Shown here: one piece after another, positions 1 through 10,649 of the stretch | Position numbering within the stretch: the stretch's first letter is position 1 | Layout of the letters: every line of letters begins with the position of its first letter | Assembly (NCBI RefSeq): GCF_963921235.1 | Contig: NC_086097.1 | Span: 231,758,001-231,822,000, forward strand | Reading direction: 5' to 3' | Source of the DNA: Mobula hypostoma | Lineage: Eukaryota | DNA: 64,000 bases | Position numbers and translations under genes: made by a program | Notes under the pieces: generated by a model | The model's database searches: none | Told to the model about the DNA's origin: nothing | What the model saw: only the letters and a program-made list of their open reading frames with translations

Positions 1-214
1 GTGGCGTGAAGCGACTGAAAGTATGAGACTCTCCCCCCCCCGCCCCGGATAGGACGCCAGTCGATCGCGAGGTTAACCCCCAGCATTTTGCCGGTACCCA
101 TTTTCAGCTGGGTGGACCAGAGCAGTGTGTGGTTAAGTGCCGTTGCTCGAGGAAGCTCGAACTCACGGCCTTCAGATCACTAGTCCAACGCCTTAGCCAC
201 TTGGCCACGCGCCA
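1..214 (-). mobile_element. tRNA-derived SINE, truncated at window edge (central domain resembling Meta-type SINEs)
   Basis: Minus strand starts GTGGCGCGTGGCCAAGTGGCTAAGGCGTTGG (A box) ... GAGTTCGAGC (B box), followed by GTCCACCCAGCTGAAAATGGGTACC. Domain assignment is from recall. Confidence 0.7.
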
Positions 215-277
215 CAGGGAGTCTCCTGGGTGGTCCAGTTTCATCCCACATTCCAAAGTCGCATGGATTAGGGTTAG

Positions 278-313
278 GTCCTGACGAAGGGTCTCGGCCT
301 GAAACGTCGACTG
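278..313 (+). ncRNA. Minimal type-I hammerhead ribozyme motif (PLE-associated)
   Basis: GTC-CTGACGA-A-GGGT-CTCG-GCCT-GAAAC-GTC-GACTG: CUGANGA and GAAA core, stem I GUC/GAC, palindromic ACGU stem III, GUC cleavage triplet. Confidence 0.8.
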
Positions 314-371
314 CACCTCTTTCTAGAGATGCTGCCTGGCCTGCTGCGTTCACCAGCAACTTTTATGTGTG
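278..371 (+). mobile_element. Short PLE terminal-repeat insertion carrying a hammerhead motif
   Basis: Near-identical to the 3' end of the PLE at 15337-15431. Flanked by the 10-nt TSD TTAGGGTTAG (268-277, 372-381). Confidence 0.85.
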
Positions 372-476
372 TTAGGGTTAGTAAGTTGTGTACATGCTGT
401 GTTGGTGCCAGAAGCATGCCAACCCTTAAAGGCTGGCCCCAGCACATCCACGGACTGTGTTGGTCATTGGCGCAGA

Positions 477-1590
477 ATACTTTATACTTTATACTTTATT
501 GTTGCCAAACAATTGATACTAGAACGTACAATAATCACAGCGATATTTGATTCTGCGTTTCCCACTCCCTGGAGTACAAATTGATAGTAAATATTAAAAA
601 TTTAAATTATAAATCATAAACAGAAAATAGAAAATGGGAAGTAAGGTAGTGCAAAAATAAGCAGAGAGGCAGGTCCGGATATTTGGAGGGTACGGCCCTG
701 ATCCGGGTCAGGATCCGTTCAGCAGTCTTATCACAGTTGGAAAGAAGCTGTTCCCAAATCTGTCCGTATGAGTCTTCAAACTCCTGAGCCTTCTCCCAGA
801 GGGAAGAGGGACAAAAAGTGTGTTGGCTGGGTGGGTCGTGTCCTTGATTATCCTGGCAGCACTGCTCCGACAGCGTGCGGTGTAAAGTGAGTTCACGGAC
901 GGAAGATTGGTTTGTGTGATGTGCTGCGCCGTGTTCATGATCTTCTGCAGCTTCTTTTCGGTCTTGGACAGGACAACTTCCATACCAGGTTGTGATGCAC
1001 CCTAGAAGAATGCTTTCTACGGTGCATCTATAAAAATTTGTGAGGATTTTAGGGAACAGGCCAAATTTCCTTAGCTTTCTCAGGAAGTAAAGGCACTGGT
1101 AGGCCTTCTTGGCAGTGGACTCTGCTTGGTTGGACCAAGTCAGGTCATTTGTGATATTGACTCCGAGGAACTTAAAGCTTTTGACCTGTTCCACTTGCAC
1201 ACCACCGATGTAAATTGGGTCGTGCGGTCCGCTACTCCTTCTGAAGTCAACAACCAATTCCTTCATCTTGCTGACGTTGAGGGATAGGTTATTGTCTTCA
1301 CACCATGACACCAGGTTCTTAATTTCCTCTCTGTACTCAAACTCATCATTACCCGAGATACGGCCTACAATTGTTGTGTCATCAGCAATCTTACATATTG
1401 AGTTTGATGGAAACTTGGCTACACAATCATGGGTGTACAGTGAGTACAGCAGGGGGCTGAGTACACAGCCTTGTGGGGCACCGGTGCTCAGAGTGATTGT
1501 AGAGGAGAGCATGTCCCCTATTTTTACAGCCTGGGTCCTGTCTATGAGTAAGTTAAAGATCCAGCTGCAGATCTGAGTGCTAAGGCCCAG
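477..1590 (-). mobile_element. 5'-truncated Rex-Babar/L2-group LINE (RT C-terminus and 3' UTR)
   Basis: ORFs 607..1635 and 708..983: [38 protein letters not shown]. (TAAAGTA)n tail at 477-498. Confidence 0.9.
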
Positions 1591-1715
1591 AATGATGTAC
1601 ATGCCACAAATAAAGCTAATCTTTAAAAAGAACATTTAAGTGAGAGTACTTTTACCTCAACGACTGCATCAAACTTACAAATAGCCAGACAAAAAAGTGA
1701 GCAATTCATTACAAT

Positions 1716-1931
1716 ATGTTGTTGTTCCTTTCCACGCCTTGTGGCACAAGGGAGGGGGGGGGGCAACCTTGCCATTTCTTGAGCATTTGTCTGTATTTTT
1801 TACGAGGCTGAGTTGCTGGCTTGATGCTCAACCCAGCACGGACAGAAAGCACACAAGGGGCCGGCTGGATTTGAACCCAGGACCACTCATCTTGAAGTCT
1901 GGTGTGGATGCCACTACACCACCGGCCAGCT
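1716..1931 (-). mobile_element. Complete tRNA-derived SINE with (AAC)n tail
   Basis: Minus strand GCTGGCCGGTGGTGTAGTGG...GGTTCAAATCC (A/B boxes), AACAACAAC tail, TSD CATTACAAT at 1707-1715 and 1934-1942. Confidence 0.85.
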
Positions 1932-2059
1932 AACATTACAATGTAACCACATTCAATTCAGAACTTGAGAGATGTGTTTCTGTTTGTAAATTCCAAATAT
2001 TCAGAGATTATATATTTAATATAAGAGAATATTCCCCAATAAATCCTGTGTGGCAGCAG

Positions 2060-2262
2060 ATCTGGAAGTTTAGGTTCCATGGAATCCAGGGCGAGCTAGT
2101 TAGGTCGATTCAAAATTGACTCAGAGGTAGGAAACCATGTGTGGTGGTTGAAGGTTGCTTTTCAGAAAACCACTGGTGTGCTACAGGGTTGCAGTTAGGA
2201 CCATTATTATTCATTATTTATACCAACGATTTGGATGCAAATGCACTAGGTTTGATCAGTAA
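2060..2262 (+). mobile_element. Degenerate CR1 RT fragment
   Basis: Translates as VVVEGCFS...GLQLGPLLFIIYTNDLD...ISK. Confidence 0.7.
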
Positions 2263-2271
2263 GTCAATACA

Positions 2272-2740
2272 GTTCAAGGTTCAAAAGTTCAAAGTAAATT
2301 TGTTATCGAAATACACACAGTGTATGTCACCATATTCAACCCTGAGATTCATTTTCTTGTGGGCATACACAATAAATCCATAATAGAGTAATAACCATAA
2401 TGGAATCAATGAAAGACTGTGCCAACTTGGGCATTCAACCAGTGTGCAAAAGACAACAAACTTTGCAAATACAAAAAGAAATAATAATAATAAGTAAAAA
2501 GCATTAAATATCAAGAACATGAGATGAAGAGCCCACAGGTTGTGGGAACATTTCAGTGATGGAGCAAGTAAAGTTAAGTGGAGTTATCCCCTTTGGTTCA
2601 AAAGCCTGAGAGGTAATAACTGTTCCCGAACCTGGTGATGTGAGCCCTCATGCTCCTGTACCTTCTTCTTGATGGCAGCAGTGAGAAGAGAGCATGACCT
2701 TGGTGCTGGGGGTCCCTGATGATAAATGCTGCTTTCATCA
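2272..2740 (-). mobile_element. Rex-Babar/L2-group 3' end and UTR
   Basis: Tail GATAACAAATTTACTTTGAACTTTTGA is shared with copies at ~35190-35375, ~36730-36835 and ~51840-52205. Confidence 0.7.
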
Positions 2741-3300
2741 GGGAAAGTGTGACGTAATACATTTACTATAATGAATGATAGGGCACTAGGGAGAGGCAAA
2801 GGCAGGTAGAAGTGGTTGTGGTCTGGGCAGCATGGTAGCATAGCAGTTCGTGTAACACTATACAGTCCATCAGCCGTAAAACCGGGGTTCGATTCCCATT
2901 GTCTCATGCCAAAACCCTTCCAGAAATTTCTTGACTGTTCATACCTTTCTGTAGATGCTGCCTGATTTGTCAATTGCTCCATCAGTTTGTGTGTATTTCT
3001 CAAACTGTCCAGCATTCATAGAATCTTTTGTGTTTATGATGTCCTTGAAAAGATGCAACATTCCCACTGAGTGGTAGGAATCCCTGATCTATGAGTGGTC
3101 AAAATGAAGGCGGGGAAATTGGGACAATATTGACACCCTTGAGTTCATTTGCCAAAAGCCCAAAGTCAATGGTGGAAGCACCTGCACTACCAATCAGCCA
3201 TGTCCTGCCCTGCCTGTGGTTCCAACATTGGTATCATGTGTCACCTCAAAACATGTACAACAGGATGGCATGGTAGATTAGCAGTTAGCACAACTTCTCA

Positions 3301-3475
3301 GTGGATTGTCACCTTGTTGTGGTGGAGAAGCTTGTGTGGTCCTGTGATCCCGAGAGCAATGCCATCTGGAGCTATGCTCCTGGTAGGGTCACCCATGGGG
3401 GTAAGGTCGAGGGTGAGGTCCCTGACAAAGAACAATCCAACCAAGACCTCAACGGTGGAACAGGCAGACGAATCT
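3301..3475 (+). mobile_element. Isolated 5' terminus of an RTE-clade (Rex3/Expander/BovB-like) retrotransposon
   Basis: Recalled RTE 5' motifs CCTTGT.GTGG.GGAG..GCTTG ... GAGC.ATGCC ... GGTAGGGTCACCCA ... TGACAAA. Extensive self-complementarity. Confidence 0.65.
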
Positions 3476-3674
3476 CGACCCAGAAGGACTGTCTGAGAAA
3501 AAGAAGATAAAAATACTTTTATCCAGAAGTAAAATATGCTACCTACTGAAAATTTATAAAGGCCTTCTAATTATTTTGAAAAGCTAGAAGAAAGGCTTAT
3601 TATGGTTACAATATGACAACTTGATATGGTTACTATTTGTTTTAAAAGATGGATCAAGTTTAAATCGAAAGCAT

Positions 3675-3980
3675 TTTAAGATTGATGTGTATAAGATAGA
3701 GTGGATAGTCAGCATCTTTTTCCCTGGACAAAAATGGCTATTATGAGGGGGCGTAACTTGAAAGTGATTATAGGAAAGTGCAGGCGGATGTCTGAAGTAT
3801 GTTTTTCATTCAGAGCATGAAACAACGTGGGTGCTGGTAGAGGCAGATACACTTGAGAGAGTTAAAAGACTCTAAGACAGGAAGATTATGTCAGAGGTAA
3901 GGGTTAGATTGATTTCAGAGTAGGTTAGACGGTCAGCAGAACATTCTGGGCTGAAGGGGCTGTACTGTTCTGTGTTCTAA
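3675..3980 (+). mobile_element. Degenerate CR1 3' end
   Basis: GATAGAGTGGATAGTCAG...GAGGGGGCGTAAC...GGGCTGAAGGGGCTGTACTGTTCTG, typical CR1 terminus repeated across the window. Confidence 0.7.
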
Positions 3981-4746
3981 TGGTTGTTCTCTGGACATTG
4001 TTGTCTTCAGTGGGATTAAAATGTGAGCAACATAGACCTTGACATATTATCTCATGAAAGCAAAATAGCCACTGTTACAAAATCCAGTTACTGTGTTGCT
4101 TCTGGTGTTGCAGACTTGGAGTGTTTTGTATCAAATTAGACCTCAATTCCTTGCATACTTGAGAATAAATTCTGCACTTTTGTTTCCATATCTCAAGGTT
4201 GAGAATGGCCATGCGAACATAATGAGCCTATTATTGAGAGAGTAATATTCTTTGAGAAAATTGTAAATGTTTAAAGATAGGATAGTTCACAAGAAAGTAC
4301 AAAATTTTTTTTTTGCAGATGCAAGTAAAAAGCAGGTACCAGTAAAATGTTACTCAATGGCCCCTGGAAATAAAATCCATCAGCAATTTAAACTTTCAAT
4401 CTATTTATATAATTTAAATATGCTAAATGCTTATATTAATTAATGAGCCTTAAATACAATGTTACTGTGCACAATTTAAATAAGGAAATTAGTAAATTGC
4501 TTGCTTATGTTATCTATCAGCAGCACCTATTTTAAGAAATGTATGAACTAAGATCTAACTCAGAGCACAGATTATTGCTGACATTACATAATTAGATAGT
4601 TACAAAATTAATTCTAATTAAACTCTTTGCTTGGGCATTAAGTTTCTACTATCTGCTCCAATTTCCCAGGCTTTCAGGAGCTCTCCTTACCTAACCCAAT
4701 ATTCTGAAGAAAGGTCCTTCACTGACACCCAGGACCTTAAGTTACT

Positions 4747-5270
4747 TACACTCAGTGGCCATTTTATTAGGTACACCTGTACACCTGCTTCTTAATGCAA
4801 ATATCTAATCAGCCGATCATGTGGAGGCAACTCAATGCAAAAAAGCCTGCAGGCATGGTCAAGAAGTTCAGTTGTTGTTCAGACTGAACATCAGAATGGG
4901 GAAGAAATGTGATTCAAGTGACCTTGACTGTGGAATGATTGATAATTTGAGTATCCAGAAACTTCCGATCTCCTGGGATTTTCACACAGAGCAGTCTCTA
5001 AAACTTATAGAGAACGGTGAGAAAAACAATAAAATAACCAAATATATGACAGTTCTGTGGGTGAAAATGCCTTGTTAATGAGAAGTCAGAGGAGGATGGC
5101 CAGACTGGTTTAAACTGCCAGGAAGGCGAGAATAACTCAAGTAACCATGTGTCACAACAGTGCGTGCAGAAGAGCATCTCTGAATGGACAACATGTCATA
5201 CATTGAAGTGGATGGACTACACCAGCAGAGGTCTATAAACATACACTCAGTGGCCATTTTATTAGGTACA
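4747..5270 (+). mobile_element. Non-autonomous Tc1-family transposon (N-terminal transposase remnant)
   Basis: TA-CACTCAGTGGCCATTTTATTAGGTACA terminus. Translates MGKKCDSSDLDCGM...RRMARLV. Second copy at 47691-48225. Confidence 0.85.
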
Positions 5271-5274
5271 GGGG

Positions 5275-6875
5275 GCACAGGCCTCTGAGTCCCCCACCCT
5301 GCTCTCATGACTACACCCCTTTCCCACACGAACCCACCATGGTGGGCATCACTGCTGAACAGGTGAGCAGACAGCTGAAATGTCTCAACCCAAGCAAGGC
5401 TGCAGGACCGGATGGTGTCAGTACCAGGGTGCTCAAAGCCTGGGCCCCTCAGCTATGTGGAGTACTTCGCCATGTATTCAACCTGAGCCTGAGGCTCCGG
5501 AGGGTTCCTGTGCTGTGGAAGACGTCCTGCCTCGTCCCTGTGCCGAAGACGCCGCGCCCCAGCGGCCTCAATGACTACAGACCGGTGGCATTGACCTCCC
5601 ACATCATGAAGACCCTGGAGAGACTTGTTCTGGAGCTGCTCCGGCCTATGATCAGGCCACACTTAGATCCCCTCCAGTCTGCCCCTCCAGCCCCGACTAG
5701 GAGTTGAGGCTGCCATCATCTACCTGCTGAACCGTGTCTACGCCCACCTGGACAAGCCAGCGAGCACTGTGAGGGTCATGTTTTTTAACTTCTCCAGTGC
5801 ATTCAACACCATCCGCCCTGCTCTGCTGGGGGAGAAGCTGACAGCGATGCAGGTGGATGCTTTCCTGGTGTCATGGATTCTTGATTACCTGACTGGCAGA
5901 CCACAGTACGTGTGCTTGCAACACTGTGTGTCCGACAGAGTGATCAGCAGCACTGGGGCTCCACAGGGGACTGTCTTGTCTCCCTTTCTCTTCACCATTT
6001 GCAACTCGGACTTCAACTACTGCACAGAGTCTTGTCATCTTCAGAAGTTTTCGGATGACTCTGCCATAGTTGGATGCATCAGCAAGGGAGATGAGGCTGA
6101 GTACAGGGCTACGGTAGGAAACTTTGTCACATGGTGTGAGCAGAATTATCTGCAGCTTAATGTGAAAAAGACTAAGGAGCTGGTGGTAGACCTGAGGAGA
6201 GCTAAGGTACCGGTGACCCCTGTTTCCATCCAGGGGGTCAGTGCAGACATGGTGGAGGATACAAACTGGACTGGTCAAAGAACACTGAGGCTGTCTACAA
6301 GAAAGGTCAGAGCCATCTCTATTTCCTGAGGAGACTGAGGTCCTTTAACATCTGTTGGACGATGCTGAGGATGTTCTACGAGTCTGTGGTGGCCAGTGCG
6401 ATCATGTTTGCTGTTGTGTGCTGGGGCAGCAGGCTGAGGGTAGCAGACACCAACAGAATCAACAAACTCATTCGTAAGGCCAGTGATGTTGTGGGGATGG
6501 AACTGGACTCTCGGACGGTGGTGTCTGAAAAGAGGATGCTGTCCAAGTTGCATGCCATCTTGGACAATGTCTCCCATCCACTACATAATGTACTGGGTGG
6601 GCACAGGAGTACATTCAGCCAGAGACTCATTCCACCGAGATGCAGCACAGAGCGTCATAGGAAGTCATTCCTGCCTGTGGCCATCAAACTTTACAACTCC
6701 TCCCTTGGAGGGTCAGACACCCTGAGCCGATAGGCTGGTCCTGGACTTATTTCCTGGCATCATTTACATATTACTATTTAATTCTTTATGGTTTTATTAC
6801 TACTTAATTATTTATGGTGCAACTGTAACAAAAACCAATTTCCCTCGGGATCAATAAAGTACGACTATGACTATG
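5275..6875 (+). mobile_element. Relatively young 5'-truncated Rex-Babar/L2-group LINE (second family)
   Basis: ORFs 5339..5707, 5769..6329 and 6362..6733: KAAGPDG, YRPVALT, FSSAFNTI, GAPQGTVLSP, FSDD, RKSFLP. AATAAAG followed by a (GACTAT)n tail. Confidence 0.92.
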
Positions 6876-7609
6876 AGCATTCGGGGATTGGAAGGGAGAG
6901 TTGAGCTTGCATGCTAGAATCCTGGAAGTGCATTTGTCTGTCATAACATTTTAACTAAAGGCATTGCATTCATGTATCTTTACTGGATATTTTAATGGAA
7001 TAGTGGAAGCAAGGGTCAATTCCAGCACTGGTTATTTGATAGGCATTGGGATTGGAAGCACCTTAGAAAGTGCTGACAGAAATAGTGAAAGCCCATTTTT
7101 CCCCAGCGCGATGTAACTAGGAAGATGTGATTGGATCTAAGGTCAGTAGCTCAGGATAGCCCCGTCCGTGGATGGGATGGTCACCAGCACTGAGGGCATC
7201 AATCACAGGAAGAAAACATCGAGTCATAGAAAAGGTACAGCACAGGGACTGGCCCTTCGTCCCATCTAGTCAGTGCAGAACCACTCGTGGCCTGCAATGT
7301 GTGAACGGCATTGCGCATTAAAAACCTGAGACTAGTTGCCTTGGTCATCACTGATCTGGAGCAGCTGTCATTGGTACAGGAGGGATACACCTGGGAGTAT
7401 GTTGAAAGGGGGCTGTGAATCTTCTAGAAAGACCTCCCATTCCTCTCCCTCCACATGTTGACTCCTGTTCCTGTAGGTGGGAGGGACTAAGGTGGAAGCT
7501 GCAATGGAGGGGCAGACTGAGACAGGCAGTGAAGGGAAGGAATGCGGAGAGAGGGACTCTGAGGAGAGGAGAATTGAGCGTGGAAGCAATCAGGGTTGTG
7601 GGCTCCGAG

Positions 7610-7770
7610 GGGAGAGTGTGTACAGGATCATGTGCCTTTCTCTATGTGAGTGTGTGTGTGTGCACGCATGTGAGTTCATGTGCTGTGGGAACTTGTGTGT
7701 CTGTCGTCCCTACGTGCGCATGCTTGTGTATGTAATCGTGGGCACCAGTTTGTGTGTGATGTGTGTGGGG
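7610..7770. repeat. Degenerate (TG)n-rich low-complexity tract
   Basis: Interrupted TGTG runs. Confidence 0.7.
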
Positions 7771-7879
7771 TAAAAGGTCACAATGCATCTGCGTGCACAT
7801 ATAAGAATGTGCTTGTTCTATTCTTTACAGCCTGCTCTGCGGCCACCTTGGACTCTGGCAACATCACTCCAAAACCTCA

Positions 7880-8295
7880 CTCTAGGACCATAAGACACAG
7901 GAGCAGAATTAGGTTATTTGGCCCATTGAATCTACTCTGCCATTGCATCATGGCTGATTTATTATTCTTCTCAACCCTATTCTCCTGCCTTCTCCCCATA
8001 ACTTTTAACTCTCTTACAATCAGGAGTTTATCAGCCGCTGCTTTAACTATACCAAATGACCTGGAAATGAATTCCACAGATTCACCACCCTCCGACTAAA
8101 GAAATGTCTTCTCATCTCTGTTCTAATAGGGTGTCCTTCTATTCTGAGGCTGTACCTTCTGCTTTCAGACTCCCCCACTGTAGGAAACATCCCCTCCATG
8201 TCCATGCTGTGTAGGCCTTTCAATATTTGATAGGTTCCAATGTGATCCCTACTCTTTCTTCTAAAATCTAGCAAGTACAGACCCAGAGCCATCAA
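7880..8295 (-). mobile_element. CR1 3' end
   Basis: ALGLY...YQILKGL...FFSRRVVNLWNS (ORF 8047..8295) plus CR1 3' UTR. Confidence 0.85.
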
Positions 8296-10336
8296 ATTCT
8301 AAAGCTGTGTCATAGTTGTGTAATTGTCACCTCAAACTGAAATATTTCACACACATGAACTGCCCAACACAAGAGTGATAACAAGCCATCCTGAACCCCT
8401 GCCTAAATGTGCCTGAGTAAGTTTGCCTGAGAAGGGAGACGGTTCTTTAAATGGATCAATGATCTCCTGCATTTTGCATTGTAGCATAGGCAATGTGGAA
8501 ACCAGATGCCTTTGCTCTTCAACTGCTCAAGAAGTCCGTAATCCCTCCAAATTCTCAGTTGCTACTTGAATTGTCTGAAGGTGGCAAATGAACGTGTTGT
8601 TATTACTGAAATTCACAGTTACAATGCATAAGATTAATTTGGACTGTTGGTTGAGCTGAGTGACCAACCATTCATTTTCCACAAATAAACACAATCTGTT
8701 TTGCCCTGCATTTTGTACCAGGAACCTTTACCTCTTGATTGTTATAAAAAAAAGCATTTATCAAGAAGTAAGCACACTAATGTAACTTAATGGGTTCTCT
8801 AAGATGTCTGCAATGCCATAATGTTTTGTTGACAGTAAGTTATATGTGAATATCCCAGGAAGTTACAGAGAAACATGACTAATGTCACTTACTTATGTCA
8901 TAATTACCTGGATGAGTTTATTGCAAATTAGGTCATGAAATATAACTGTGGTGTACAACAATGCAAATCTCCAGTTAATTCTAGTTTTAGAATGAAAAAA
9001 ATGTGTATTGCTAACATGGAGGGGAAACTAATGAATGATTGAATTTCCTAAAATCTTTAAGTAGCCATTATATTTACCCTATTTCTGAAAAAGAGTAATG
9101 AGATTACAACAGACCTGTTAGTAAGGTTACTGATTAGGTTACAACTTGTGACTGCAATATTGGCCTTTGTTCTTAATCTTCCCACACCTTTTGTCTGCCT
9201 TTTCTTTACTGTTTAATCTTGTTCCAGATCCTTGGAACACAAAACAATGACAACGAAGTAATGCCTAAACCAGACAACAATTTTAAAGAAGAGTTTTTTG
9301 TATTCCTGATAGGATGTCACTGATACCTAGATTTATCAGATGGGAATGTTCTTAGTCAAAGGATTCAGAGAGATATAATAAATATTACTGAATTTTTGTC
9401 TTAAACAATCTTGCATTGTCTTATGAATCAAGGGCTATGTGATTGCAGGTGATTTAGTATTTAATATCTTGCATTAAAATATAGAAATTGTTTCTTGTTT
9501 TTAAATTTCCCACATTATAATGACTAAACTTGAAAAATACTTCATTGAATAGCAAATATTTTTGGACATTCTGAGACTGTAGAAATTTGGTATAAATGTA
9601 AGTTTTCAGTCTATTTCTACTGAAAAACAAAAACAGATTAATTATCAGACTGCAAGAGAACTGAGTTACGAAGATTGGGCAGGGAAATGGTTGCTGAAGC
9701 CAAAGATCAAATCAACTATAATCTGATTAAATAGTGGAGCATGATTGAGGAAATGTATTGACCTTTTCCTGCCGTTATTTTGTAGAGGCACAGAGTTTTA
9801 GAACACTACAGCACAGAAACAGCCCTTTGACCCATCCAGTCTGGACAGAACTATTTAAAGCTGTGTGTTTTTACTAAATTATCAAAGAAACATCACATAA
9901 AAGGTTACACATATCTAAGATAGTATGATGCCATGCTTCAATACTTCAAATTTTTAACTTTATTTAATTTAAATTTAAAGTCTTTAAATTATGCTATCAT
10001 GTGACATTCTTATCATTTTCACTGACATAAGTTCAGTCCTTTTCTGCATTTATTTACAGATTTCTAATACAAGTTAAAATATCAGAGGTATGTTTTGCTC
10101 AGCTGGGGTGTGAGGTGCAAGCATTGTGGTAGAAAATCAGTTCTACCCTGGGAAGAATAATGTTGGATTGTAGGAAAAGAATTATGTAACGCTTGTGGAA
10201 TGGTGAAGGAAATCACTGTCTGAATGGAGAACACAGAAGATTTACTTTGGTAGATTTTCAACCTCATGTCAGTGTTCATATTTTGCAAATGGGCATTCAC
10301 CTCTGAGAGAGTCCTGCCTTCTCCCCATGAAGAAGC

Positions 10337-10530
10337 GTAAACACAAAATACTCTGCAGATGCTGGGGTCAAAGCAACACTCACAACACGCTGGAGGAACT
10401 CAGCAGGTCAGGCAGCATCCGTGGAAACCATCAGTCAACGTTTTGGGCCGGACAAGGCCCGAAACGTTGGCTGATCATTTCCACGGATGCTGTCCGACCT
10501 GCTGAGTTCCTCCAGCGTGTTGTGAGTGTT
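10337..10530. mobile_element. Palindromic PLE terminal-repeat insertion
   Basis: Inverted arms span 10375-10530. Imperfect TSD CCCATGAAGAAGC / CCCTTAAAGAAGC (10324-10336, 10531-10543). Confidence 0.8.
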
Positions 10531-10649
10531 CCCTTAAAGAAGCTGAAGGGGGTTGTAAATTTAGTCACCTCCATCTTGGGTAATAGCCTACAAAGTTCCC
10601 AGACATCTTCGAGGAACAGTATCTCAGAAAGCCAGGGTCCATTATTAAG

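Larger units (their letters stand above)
215..475 (+). mobile_element. V-domain-type SINE body interrupted by a PLE fragment and a LINE; tail resumes at ~1590-1625
   Basis: GGGTGGTCCAGTTTCATCCCACATTCCAAAG matches the V-SINE core seen in other copies in the window. Confidence 0.6.

Noticed and set aside
1860..1931. tRNA genes at A/B-box motifs (also 150-214, 12993, 22411, 48475)
   Set aside because: No full cloverleaf; they continue into SINE bodies with tails or TSDs.
7100..7600. Possible coding remnant around ORFs 7199..7390 and 7368..7589
   Set aside because: No family motif could be recognised; partly a CR1 tail and low-complexity purine-rich sequence.
8300..10080. Long repeat-free AT-rich stretch as a distal GATA6 enhancer (likewise 21880-22330, 43800-44950)
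   Set aside because: Plausible, but unsupported without cross-species alignment or chromatin data.
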